A DNA stretch of 64,000 bases, taken from a virus. Positions within the stretch are counted from its first letter, which is position 1. Each line of letters opens with the position of its first letter. Made by a program: the position numbers and the translations under genes. This document shows positions 55,478 through 64,000 of this stretch, piece after piece. Location: the IMG/VR virus record IMGVR_UViG_3300035670_000149, positions 8,628-72,627 of that record. One strand, 5' to 3'. The notes under the pieces were generated by a model. That model saw only the letters and a list, made by a program, of their open reading frames with translations. It was not told the DNA's origin and did not search any database.

Positions 55478-56356
55478 TCAGAACTTGATACCAAGACCAG
55501 TGGTTAACACAGGTGAATAGGTTCCGTTGGTAGCACCGTAGCTGTTAGCAGCATTGGTGGTGGGGAACTTCAGATCAGCAAAACCAATTAGTGAATTGGT
55601 AATACGACCTTCAACGCCAAGGGCAAACACAACCTGTCCACGGTTACCAACAGCAGACTGATAGTTAGCATCAGAATTGTTCACAAAAGGAACCTGATAA
55701 CCAGCACCAGCATACACATTGGCACGACTTACACCAGACTTAGCACGGGAAACGCTCCAGTCATAAGACACGAGAGCACCACCAGCACTACCGATGTTAC
55801 CCGAAGGACCAGCAACAGCATTCAGATAAGGGCGAACAGACACAGCATTTTGATTGCTGAAAGTCTTCACAGCATAACGTGCCTGAAGGGTAGCACCACC
55901 AACGGTCTTCTGAGCAGACTGACCAGCACCAGAAACGCCCTGCTGGTTCAGCAGTACGCCAAGACCAACATAGTTGCCAACGCCTTGTGCTTTCTGAGCA
56001 GCAGCAACCTCAAGGGCACTCACACGGGTGTTGGTAGCAGCAATCTCTTTGGAGAATTGAGCGCGTAGAGCGGCGGCGAGAGCAGCGTCAGCGGCGCTTT
56101 GATACTCACTGATACGGTCAAGGCAAGCATTGGTGAGAGCAGCAAGCTCAGCACGGGTAGCAGGTTGACCAGGTTGGAAGGTGCCATTGGGATAACCAGC
56201 AACGCAACCGTAACGTGAAATCAGGTTGGAAAGTGCCTGATAAGACCAATCGGTAGGTTGAACGTCCTTAAGTTGAGTCACACTGGTGACTTGTGCCATG
56301 GCAGGAGCTGCAGCAGTTGCAACAACAGCAGTAGCAATTAGTGAACGAATAATCAT
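55478..56356 (-). CDS. SLH-domain cyanobacterial porin-like outer membrane protein
   Basis: Signal peptide, VTSVTQLKDVQPTDWSYQAL...RYGCVAGYPNGTF...TRAELAA, coiled coil, beta strands and terminal Phe. Confidence 0.85.
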   Translation of the reverse strand: MIIRSLIATAVVATAAAPAMAQVTSVTQLKDVQPTDWSYQALSNLISRYGCVAGYPNGTFQPGQPATRAELAALTNACLDRISEYQSAADAALAAALRAQFSKEIAATNTRVSALEVAAAQKAQGVGNYVGLGVLLNQQGVSGAGQSAQKTVGGATLQARYAVKTFSNQNAVSVRPYLNAVAGPSGNIGSAGGALVSYDWSVSRAKSGVSRANVYAGAGYQVPFVNNSDANYQSAVGNRGQVVFALGVEGRITNSLIGFADLKFPTTNAANSYGATNGTYSPVLTTGLGIKF

Positions 56357-56413
56357 TTGTGTTTTAGTACTAAACGACAAGTATAAAGAAACTGTAAAGT
56401 TTCAAGACTTTAT

Positions 56414-57235
56414 TTATGATTGATGAGCAGGATGCCCTTCAATTTTTCCATTTTCATCATATCCAGGAGGAAGTCTTCCCAAATATGCGTTCCAATTGAA
56501 CAGAGTCTTCCAATCATCAATTTTATTAGACTCTGCCCAAAAATTGGAGATACCATTATAACTGTTTCTGTGGAATATGTCAATATGTTCTGGATGAATT
56601 GACGAACCAAGATCCAAACGATACAGAAATAGAGGAATACAATATACTTTTCCGCTCTCAAAGATAACATCTTCGGAAGTTGCTCTAGGTCTTACATCCT
56701 GATCAAGTTTGAATTTGTTACCACGCACATGGGCATTATAAATTTTCTGAGCATGTGAACGCTTCAGCACATATACCGCTGCAGAAAAATCATTAATGAA
56801 GCGATTATGTAGCGTCACATAAACCACAGCAGGGTTGATTGTGGTAAGCTGCATTGCATCATAGTTATATGGAAACAAGGCCGCCGCTTCTTTATATGTA
56901 AAAGGCCAATATCTTACTGGATCAAAACAAGCATCATCTTCCATGATGATAACTTCATCACAGTCCATTTCTTCAATAAAATATTTGATTGCTCTCAGAT
57001 GAGACATGCAGCAACCAATCTCATTGGGAATCATGGTATGAGGAACTGTACCACTTAGATGAACACTTGGATCATCTTGACGTGCATCAACTCCAGAAAT
57101 TCTAGTATGGTTTTCAATCTCCCAATACTTGAACTGATTCTCCATATGTTGACGCCGATGGACATCGGAGTCTAGATTAATCCAGAGAACAGGAGGAATA
57201 CCTTTCAGTTTATACGCTGCTTTATTCTTGTCCAT
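56414..57235 (-). CDS. Glycosyltransferase family 25
   Basis: WINLD...RR, ISGVD, EIGCCMSH and IMEDD. Confidence 0.85.
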   Translation of the reverse strand: MDKNKAAYKLKGIPPVLWINLDSDVHRRQHMENQFKYWEIENHTRISGVDARQDDPSVHLSGTVPHTMIPNEIGCCMSHLRAIKYFIEEMDCDEVIIMEDDACFDPVRYWPFTYKEAAALFPYNYDAMQLTTINPAVVYVTLHNRFINDFSAAVYVLKRSHAQKIYNAHVRGNKFKLDQDVRPRATSEDVIFESGKVYCIPLFLYRLDLGSSIHPEHIDIFHRNSYNGISNFWAESNKIDDWKTLFNWNAYLGRLPPGYDENGKIEGHPAHQS

Positions 57236-58049
57236 TTCTTCTCCTCACATAATCGACGTTTTCATAGTAGTTTCGTAATTCATCAGGTGTCATATCTTTG
57301 AGTGATTCATATAGATTTTTATTATTCTCTATATGTGGGTTAGTAAACCAGGAGTTCATTGTTCTGGCATGTTCCATATGATAAATGGTTTGCCTTACTC
57401 TACCAACTTTATAACCTAGTTTTTCAAATCGGACAGGTCTTTCATTGTCCTCATAACCATATGAAACAAAATGCTCATTCTCCATGCCACCATCAATGTA
57501 AGACTGGCGTTTGAAGAATTGAGCCCATCCATAGTCGGATGTTGATTGTTCTTTATCTGGATGATTCTTAAAAGATTCTTCTGAAAAGTTAGAGTTGACA
57601 AGACTATTAATTAGATCTTGATCAACATTAACTTTGTATTGATACTCTCCTTGACCATAAGGATAAACCAAATCATATCCTTGTTCTAGAATCATATGAT
57701 ACGCCTTGTAGTAACTATCTACTGGAAAGATTACATCCGTGTCATAGTTAACTACAACATCGGTTTTGGATTCCATCAGCATATCATTGAGAACTCTTGT
57801 CCTATGAAAAATAGGATCTTTGCTCTCTTCATAGATCAAAGTAACTGATGATAGGTCCTCAAGAAGATGCTCTAATTGAGGTGCAGCATACTTTTGAAAC
57901 TTTGAATCTTCATCAACTTCTTGAATAATAACATTTGTTTTGAAATTTTTCAAGAGGTAAGCAAGACTGAGTACAATATTGCGAAGACGATCTTGACTCT
58001 CAATTCTGAGAGGCATGATAAAGGTTGCGTTTGATAAATCAATTTGCAT
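57222..58049 (-). CDS. GT-A glycosyltransferase (GT7 C-terminal-like)
   Basis: DRLRN, YDTDV, GGMENEHFVSYGYEDNE and YHMEH. Confidence 0.8.
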   Translation of the reverse strand: MQIDLSNATFIMPLRIESQDRLRNIVLSLAYLLKNFKTNVIIQEVDEDSKFQKYAAPQLEHLLEDLSSVTLIYEESKDPIFHRTRVLNDMLMESKTDVVVNYDTDVIFPVDSYYKAYHMILEQGYDLVYPYGQGEYQYKVNVDQDLINSLVNSNFSEESFKNHPDKEQSTSDYGWAQFFKRQSYIDGGMENEHFVSYGYEDNERPVRFEKLGYKVGRVRQTIYHMEHARTMNSWFTNPHIENNKNLYESLKDMTPDELRNYYENVDYVRRRNGQE

Positions 58050-58782
58050 ATTCTCTAGTCTCCTTATGCTTGTTTGTCACATACTCAAGTTCTTGACTAT
58101 TAGCTTCCCAAGATCCATCGGGATGTTGACAAACAATATCGAGATCTAAATTTGCAGAGATCCGATGATCACCTTCTCTGCTTGCAACAAGTATGTTTTC
58201 TATGATAGATGGCATACCATAATTATACCTCATCCTATGATAAAACTCTGTATCCATCAGCATCTTACAATTTGGATCAAACAGTTCTACGCATTCTTTT
58301 CTCATCGTAACAATTGAAGGACCTCCCATAAAGTTCTGTCCCTCTAAGAGATGATCAGACCAACGAGGAATCATTGGTCTATAGAAATCACACCCATCTC
58401 TAGTATGAGCAAACCCTGTAACCACCCAAGATGCGTTGGTGTCTAAGAATCTTTCGCGGATTCTTAGTAAGGCAAACTCATCAGTAAAGACATCATCCTG
58501 AAACATGATCTTGATTAGATCACCCGTGCAATGTTTGATTGCAACATTAGTATTTGCAGGACCATTTCCATGGTCATAGAAATTCCTTACATATACTATG
58601 TTGAATCTATCAGAATATGTCTCACAAAGATCAAGGATCTCATTATTTTTTGAATGATCGGATACAAGAACTTCAATATTTTTATATGACTGCCTATGAA
58701 TGCTTGAGAATAGTTGTAGCAAATATGCTGAACCGTACCCCTTCATCTCATAAGCAGGAATTGCAATAGAAATCTTATCCAT
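58039..58782 (-). CDS. Glycosyltransferase family 2
   Basis: ISIAIPAYE, SIHRQSYKNIEVLVSDHS and FQDD. Confidence 0.85.
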   Translation of the reverse strand: MDKISIAIPAYEMKGYGSAYLLQLFSSIHRQSYKNIEVLVSDHSKNNEILDLCETYSDRFNIVYVRNFYDHGNGPANTNVAIKHCTGDLIKIMFQDDVFTDEFALLRIRERFLDTNASWVVTGFAHTRDGCDFYRPMIPRWSDHLLEGQNFMGGPSIVTMRKECVELFDPNCKMLMDTEFYHRMRYNYGMPSIIENILVASREGDHRISANLDLDIVCQHPDGSWEANSQELEYVTNKHKETREYAN

Positions 58783-59650
58783 TGAACGCATCTCCAACTC
58801 GCTTTGCCATCTTCAAAAAGGTACTTTGCTTTCCCGTATCAAATGGTTTTGACATAGCAAGGAGAAGAAAATCAATTACCGCTTCCTTGACGTGTTCTGT
58901 CCCTCGTTCAACATTGAAGACAGAGTATCTTCCATCTTCATCAGTGTACGGATGATGCCAATCTCCTTCTGGTATAAACTTTTCGGTCTTATACTTTTTG
59001 GGATAAGAAAACGCATTGGGGAGTTGATTAAAACGTTCTTCAGTTTCTGGATCATCGGAGCAAACAAAAAACTTTTGATCTACTGCTCTATTTACAACAC
59101 GAATCCAATGATCTACATCAAAAGATTCAATGTTTACAAAATCAGTCATGCGAAGATGAATACCATAGTACCCACCATTTAGTTGATTTTCTTTGAGGAA
59201 TGTAGATACTTCTCTCATGATATGATCACTAAACTGCAATGCTCTGATTGTTTTGTTGATCTCTTCCTGAGGAATCCATTCATAAAGAAGAGGAGTGTAA
59301 TAAAAAATATTTTTACTACTGCTTCGGACTAACTCTACAAATTGTTGTGGTGATAAGTTTGCTGGATCAATAGCATTCTTACCAAAAAACTTCATATGTT
59401 GATCATTGACCGAAATGAAATCATACTTATCCGCATGAGGATAAAATTCTTTCAGTCTCCAATCAACAACATCAATATCCAAAGGTTGAAAAATATCCTC
59501 CCAGAGAGCACGACACATGTTAGTGCTTGGCCAACTTACAGTTACAGGAAGTCCACACAGTCTTGCTAGTGTGAGACCTCCTATCAAACCACTATATCTA
59601 TTGCCGAAACTTCCGTCACAGCATACATGAAAATGTCGGATCGGGTTCAT
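58775..59650 (-). CDS. Fucosyltransferase-like GT-B protein (NodZ/O-FucT-like)
   Basis: GSFGNR, GIHLRMTD, FFVCSDD and AVIDFLLL...STF. Confidence 0.7.
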   Translation of the reverse strand: MNPIRHFHVCCDGSFGNRYSGLIGGLTLARLCGLPVTVSWPSTNMCRALWEDIFQPLDIDVVDWRLKEFYPHADKYDFISVNDQHMKFFGKNAIDPANLSPQQFVELVRSSSKNIFYYTPLLYEWIPQEEINKTIRALQFSDHIMREVSTFLKENQLNGGYYGIHLRMTDFVNIESFDVDHWIRVVNRAVDQKFFVCSDDPETEERFNQLPNAFSYPKKYKTEKFIPEGDWHHPYTDEDGRYSVFNVERGTEHVKEAVIDFLLLAMSKPFDTGKQSTFLKMAKRVGDAFNG

Positions 59651-60474
59651 TCTTCTCTAATATCTTCAAGTAAAAATGCTTCTGGTTCTTTCTGGAAGTA
59701 TCCGACAACAGTGTTTCTATCTTGAAACACTTCATCCCAATTTCCAATGTTGTTCCTAAAATCTCTATCTTTATTTTTGATATGAACTGTAGTCATACCC
59801 CAAGATTCTGGGCGATGGCGAACATGAATATGACTATCTTCATAAGTGAATCCAGTGTTTCCGTGTTCTTCAAATAAAGGTTGAATGGCAAAAAATCTGC
59901 CAACAGCAACCTCTGGACGATCCCACTTGAGTCCTTTCTCTTGAACCTCAGGATGCCAAGTTAAGTCATGCATACCAGCAGGCCAATTCGTATCATGAAA
60001 GATGATGTAACCACCTTCTTCAATATGGTCCCACCAGTGATAAAGTTCTGATAGAACTTGACATGCGACGTGAATGGAATCCACAAACAATAGTTTGACT
60101 GTTCCATATTCATTAGTGTCCCAGTGTTTTCCGACACTAGAACTATCACCTTGAATCAAATTATAGTTTGGATATTGCCAGAGATCAAATCCAAGTCGTT
60201 TGAATTGAACATCAATACCATAAACTGTATTGTTTCTCTCTACAGCGTCATAGGTCATGGTAAGAGAAGAAACTCCATAGTCAACCCCAAGATCAACAAA
60301 GACGTTGTTCTCACCACACTTATCTACAACTCTTGCAAGTTCATAAATGTTCGTTCCTAAGTTGCTGAATTGAAAATTCTCTTCTGTAGAGAAGTTCCAT
60401 CCACCATACTTACCAGCACGAATACCTTTTCCAATTGTTACAGTCATATCAGAAACCAATTTTTTCGTTTTCAC
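59647..60474 (-). CDS. Class I SAM-dependent methyltransferase
   Basis: VDLGVDYGVS, YGID, LLFVDSIH and GGYIIFHDT; start may be 60447. Confidence 0.8.
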   Translation of the reverse strand: MKTKKLVSDMTVTIGKGIRAGKYGGWNFSTEENFQFSNLGTNIYELARVVDKCGENNVFVDLGVDYGVSSLTMTYDAVERNNTVYGIDVQFKRLGFDLWQYPNYNLIQGDSSSVGKHWDTNEYGTVKLLFVDSIHVACQVLSELYHWWDHIEEGGYIIFHDTNWPAGMHDLTWHPEVQEKGLKWDRPEVAVGRFFAIQPLFEEHGNTGFTYEDSHIHVRHRPESWGMTTVHIKNKDRDFRNNIGNWDEVFQDRNTVVGYFQKEPEAFLLEDIREE

Positions 60475-61780
60475 AGAAGGGGTAATTATTTTGTGTCAGA
60501 TAATTGTAAAGAACTGATTTGTATTTTGAATTTTTGAGTTCAGCAGTGAGATTTAAGAACTCCTGAACGACATATTTATCCAGATAAGGATACCTTGTCT
60601 CTATACCAAAGGATCCAGCGACATGTTCTTCTTTTGCAATGTATGTCTCCTGAGAACTTCCATAGAAAGATGCCCAGGGGAAAACCGTAGATAAATCATC
60701 AGGAAATAGACCGCCAAAATTACTATGCTGATATTTCTTTACTCCTTGGAATCCATAGTCGGAAAAGATTTCATCTGCACCTGATCCTGATAGGTAGACT
60801 TTGTTTCCATCTTTGATGGCGTGTTCGCATATAAAAGCGAGAGAACCACCACCATGATCGTCAACGATATCCATTCCATATTCATTGTAGTTACTTGAAG
60901 AAGAGTGAATTGTATTTTTGAATGGTTCTACATTATTGCGAATATAATCTACAATAGGACCTCTTGTATGCTCTGGTAGTGTATAAATTTTGTGAGTAGA
61001 GTTATCATTGAATAGTTCATGACGATTTTGCATCACGCTCATATTTTCTGTTCCAGTCAATGAATATGCAGTGTGTGCAACATTTTGTCTGCGAAGTTCA
61101 CATGCAATTGCCCCACTATCATATCCACTGGACAACCCAATAAAAATTTTCTCTCTGCAGTTTTGTGTGCGCTTACGAATAGCATTTTCAAAAGCAGTAT
61201 TCCAATCAACAAAAGAATCTTTGCGTTGATCTAAATTAAAATCAAAAAGTTTTCCCTTATCTTGAATAATATATTCTTTATTATGAGGGTCCATGCTAAT
61301 CAGAATCCTAGTATTAGCAGGAACCTTTTTGGGATTCTTGAATCCAAGTTCAAGCAATGCAGACTCATAAGAGGCAACACCGATTTCACCATCCTCTACA
61401 CTCCACCATAAAGGTTTGGTAGCAAACACATCGGTGGAAAGAATAATTTTTTGATTCCTGTAGTCAACCAAACAAATAGCAAATTCCCCATCCAACATGT
61501 TTGGCATTCTAAATCCATACTGAAAATACCGAGGGATAATTATGTGACCATCACTCTTGTATCCTTCAGCATTATAAATTTCACCATTGTATACAACAAC
61601 CACTTCACGTTCTTCATCAATAAAAGGTTGAGGAGTAAACTCGCCCGTAATACTGAGAAGATTGTGCATAAAATAAAAATCTCCAATCTCAGTGAGCGTG
61701 GTGTTATCAGGACCACGACGCACCATCAAACGATTGGAGTCGGCATTCGGTTCTTTACTAGAAAAAATAAAACTACACAT
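60449..61780 (-). CDS. Asparagine synthetase B-like glutamine amidotransferase
   Basis: N-terminal Cys, RRGPD, YNGEIYN, LSSGYDS, SGSGADE and ETRYPYLD. Confidence 0.88.
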   Translation of the reverse strand: MCSFIFSSKEPNADSNRLMVRRGPDNTTLTEIGDFYFMHNLLSITGEFTPQPFIDEEREVVVVYNGEIYNAEGYKSDGHIIIPRYFQYGFRMPNMLDGEFAICLVDYRNQKIILSTDVFATKPLWWSVEDGEIGVASYESALLELGFKNPKKVPANTRILISMDPHNKEYIIQDKGKLFDFNLDQRKDSFVDWNTAFENAIRKRTQNCREKIFIGLSSGYDSGAIACELRRQNVAHTAYSLTGTENMSVMQNRHELFNDNSTHKIYTLPEHTRGPIVDYIRNNVEPFKNTIHSSSSNYNEYGMDIVDDHGGGSLAFICEHAIKDGNKVYLSGSGADEIFSDYGFQGVKKYQHSNFGGLFPDDLSTVFPWASFYGSSQETYIAKEEHVAGSFGIETRYPYLDKYVVQEFLNLTAELKNSKYKSVLYNYLTQNNYPFCENEKIGF

Positions 61781-62470
61781 CTATGTTCTAGAATGATTTG
61801 ATGTTGTTACCTGTGGAAAAATAGTGTTCCTCATCATTCCATTTGCATTTCCAGGCATGATTGATGGAGTAATGCCATGCATATGTAATGCAAAGGGAAG
61901 ACTAAGTTGGTCTCTAGATGAATACTTACAAATCAACTCCCACCATGTTAGCATAAGTGCTTGAATTTGTGAAGTATTTCTTTGAATCCTACACGGTAAT
62001 TCATAAAGACCATTTTCTTTTGGATACGACATTGATTCATAAAAAATCATTTGAGAATCCACAAAAGAAAGTTGATCAAAGTTTACTGACTTAATGACTT
62101 CTGCTTCCTGATAAACACAATTTCTTTCTGGATGTTTGAATAGTGCGATGTCACTATCCTTCAAGTAAGTATTGATGATATCAATTGGATCCATTACAAC
62201 CATATGAGTTGAATCAATCCAAATATAGTAATCATATCCAGGCACAAAAAGATGTGGAAGAATTTTGAATATCTTTGCGTGTCTCCTATCAGTATATCTT
62301 TTATCAATTGTCCATTTTGGAACATCATGAAATTGCCACATGCTTTCTGCAGGACGTTCTAAATCAGAATCAAAATCTACAAAGGCATGATAGTCTACTC
62401 CTTGAATTGGATTCAAAGATTCAATTGGTAGACCAGCACCAATTGAAGCCGTTACAATTGCGATTTTCAT
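61781..62470 (-). CDS. DUF616 (TOD1/MUCI70-like) glycosyltransferase
   Basis: KILPHLF, YIWID, HPERNCVYQEA and SRDQLSLPF. Confidence 0.8.
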   Translation of the reverse strand: MKIAIVTASIGAGLPIESLNPIQGVDYHAFVDFDSDLERPAESMWQFHDVPKWTIDKRYTDRRHAKIFKILPHLFVPGYDYYIWIDSTHMVVMDPIDIINTYLKDSDIALFKHPERNCVYQEAEVIKSVNFDQLSFVDSQMIFYESMSYPKENGLYELPCRIQRNTSQIQALMLTWWELICKYSSRDQLSLPFALHMHGITPSIMPGNANGMMRNTIFPQVTTSNHSRT

Positions 62471-63240
62471 TTTTCTCTAGAGCGATGAATTTGATTTAGT
62501 TCTCGCATGAATTTAATCAAAGGACTTTGACTAAACTTTTCCAACTCATAGTTATCTTTATCTAAACAGTGACTGCTCCACCCAAACTTACCATCATCAC
62601 CAGGTACTTTAGAATGTGATTGACCAATTCTTTCATCAAGTCCTAGCATTTCTGCAAATTCTGAATAGGTGGACTCACACCCCTGACTCTTATGGGCAAG
62701 ATACATTTCATTGAAGAAAGTAACTCTCAAAGCAAGAAATGCATTTTCTCCATACTTCACCATGGCAGCAGTTCTAATATCTGTAATACGAATATCTTGA
62801 ACATGTTTTAGTCTTGAACGAAAAATTTCTGCAACGGTATTAGCAGCAGCACTATTTCCACCAATTATAAAGAACTTCTGCTCCTGAAACATTTTAATTG
62901 GATTGGATTTATTCAAGTATTCTGGACTATGCAAAATTTGAATGTTCCGATATTTCTCACACACATCATAATAAAATTGAGGTGTGGCAGTTGATTTACA
63001 GCACACTGGAGTCCCTGGAATCATGTTCTCATTCAGTTCATTCAAAACTGAATCTAGAAGTTTGAACCCTTCTGCCTGTGGAGTATCCACAGAAACAAAC
63101 ACTGCATCAAATTTTTCTAGTTTATGATTTGAAATTTTATCATCACTGATTTTTGGATCAATGATGACTTGTTCTTCTTCTGAAAAAATAGAACCTACTG
63201 CAGATCCTACAAAACCATATCCAACAATTAGTACTTTCAT
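62467..63240 (-). CDS. UDP-glucose/GDP-mannose dehydrogenase-like protein (no C-terminal domain)
   Basis: IVGYGFVG, VDTP, KST, SPEYL, KYGENAFLA and HCLDKD. Confidence 0.8.
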   Translation of the reverse strand: MKVLIVGYGFVGSAVGSIFSEEEQVIIDPKISDDKISNHKLEKFDAVFVSVDTPQAEGFKLLDSVLNELNENMIPGTPVCCKSTATPQFYYDVCEKYRNIQILHSPEYLNKSNPIKMFQEQKFFIIGGNSAAANTVAEIFRSRLKHVQDIRITDIRTAAMVKYGENAFLALRVTFFNEMYLAHKSQGCESTYSEFAEMLGLDERIGQSHSKVPGDDGKFGWSSHCLDKDNYELEKFSQSPLIKFMRELNQIHRSREK

Positions 63241-64000
63241 AGACGAATCCAATTGCGATTTTCTGGAACTAGATCTTTTGTATCATGACAATCATATGCG
63301 GGACCAAACCACTTGACTGGAGACACAAGAGTTCTGGTGCGATCCTTCTGAAGGAAAGCTCCCCACCATGATAGAGAACTATTGGCAGTGATGCCACCAT
63401 CACACAGAGACATCAAACACAAATCAACAAAAGGAACCAGAGCACCATCTTCATGAGTGTCAGTAGATTCGGAGAAGTTGAAGCGATCATCAGCAAAGAA
63501 CTCCTGTTCCTTACACCATTCAATTGAGTCTGAGAATACGATCACGGGTACATCCTCAGGGAACTGTTTCAGTGCTTCCTCATAATACTCTAGAGTCTGA
63601 ACAGGATGTTGATCTTGCAGGTTCACATATGCCCATTTGAATCCACGCTTATCAGCAAGATTAGGATCACCACGACGAACGTGAAGCATGATAGGACGGA
63701 CATCAAAACTTTCCATCATCTCTTGACACGGTTCAAGAATACCCTTCTTGAATTCAAAGTCTTGACGAACATCATTTTCAATGTCAGCAAAGTACCTCAT
63801 GGTCTGATAAAAACCATATAGGTTTACATTATCAGGACAATTCTCATACAATTCTTCATTGAAATGAAACTGACTTTCTTGCACATACTGCTGTGAAGGA
63901 TGGAATCCAATATTCCTATCATTCACATTAGTCAGTTTGAAGCAATCGTGAAGACCGTAATTATCTACGCTGTCATACGGAGGAGGAATCATGAAGTCAA
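63237..64000 (-). CDS. Alpha-1,2-fucosyltransferase (GT11), 5' end outside the window
   Basis: GFYQ, LHVRRGD, FSDSIEWC, DLCLMSLC and ANSSLSWWGA. Confidence 0.88.
   Translation of the reverse strand, partial: DFMIPPPYDSVDNYGLHDCFKLTNVNDRNIGFHPSQQYVQESQFHFNEELYENCPDNVNLYGFYQTMRYFADIENDVRQDFEFKKGILEPCQEMMESFDVRPIMLHVRRGDPNLADKRGFKWAYVNLQDQHPVQTLEYYEEALKQFPEDVPVIVFSDSIEWCKEQEFFADDRFNFSESTDTHEDGALVPFVDLCLMSLCDGGITANSSLSWWGAFLQKDRTRTLVSPVKWFGPAYDCHDTKDLVPENRNWIRL

Overview
This window is 64 kb of a T4-like cyanophage (cyanomyovirus) genome, with nearly all genes on the minus strand. The combination of psbA without an adjacent psbD, an SLH-porin, hli genes and cp12 suggests a freshwater Synechococcus/Cyanobium-type phage (inference). 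Layout: (i) 1-28.1 kb, a tail-fibre/adhesin island whose fibre and glycine-rich proteins are interleaved with seven 2OG-Fe(II) oxygenases, two paralogous GT-B-like proteins and a KdsB/HAD/SIS sugar module. (ii) 28.1-30 kb, a Mom-like GNAT, another oxygenase, three tRNAs (Thr-UGU, Leu-UAA, Ile-UAU) and a Phd-like protein. (iii) 30-45.3 kb, baseplate and tail genes (gp5, cp12, hub, two tape-measure-like muralytic proteins, gp51, gp26, gp54-like, gp4, gp48, gp53). (iv) 45.3-53 kb, gp32, gp59, gp33, an exonuclease, phoH, thyX, a glutaredoxin and an NtcA box/glutamine riboswitch/DUF4278 unit. (v) 53.5-56.4 kb, psbA with a PhotoRC-II leader, hli genes and the porin. (vi) 56.4-64 kb, a glycan biosynthesis cluster. 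The main candidates for undescribed biology are late-promoter cassettes of the form fibre - Gly-rich adhesin - tailoring enzymes (possible virion hydroxylation/glycosylation), a predicted -1 frameshift fusing gp26 to gp51 upstream of the tape-measure-like genes, an interlocked double glutamine aptamer, and a repeated leader motif. All protein calls come from motif recognition by eye; no searches were run.
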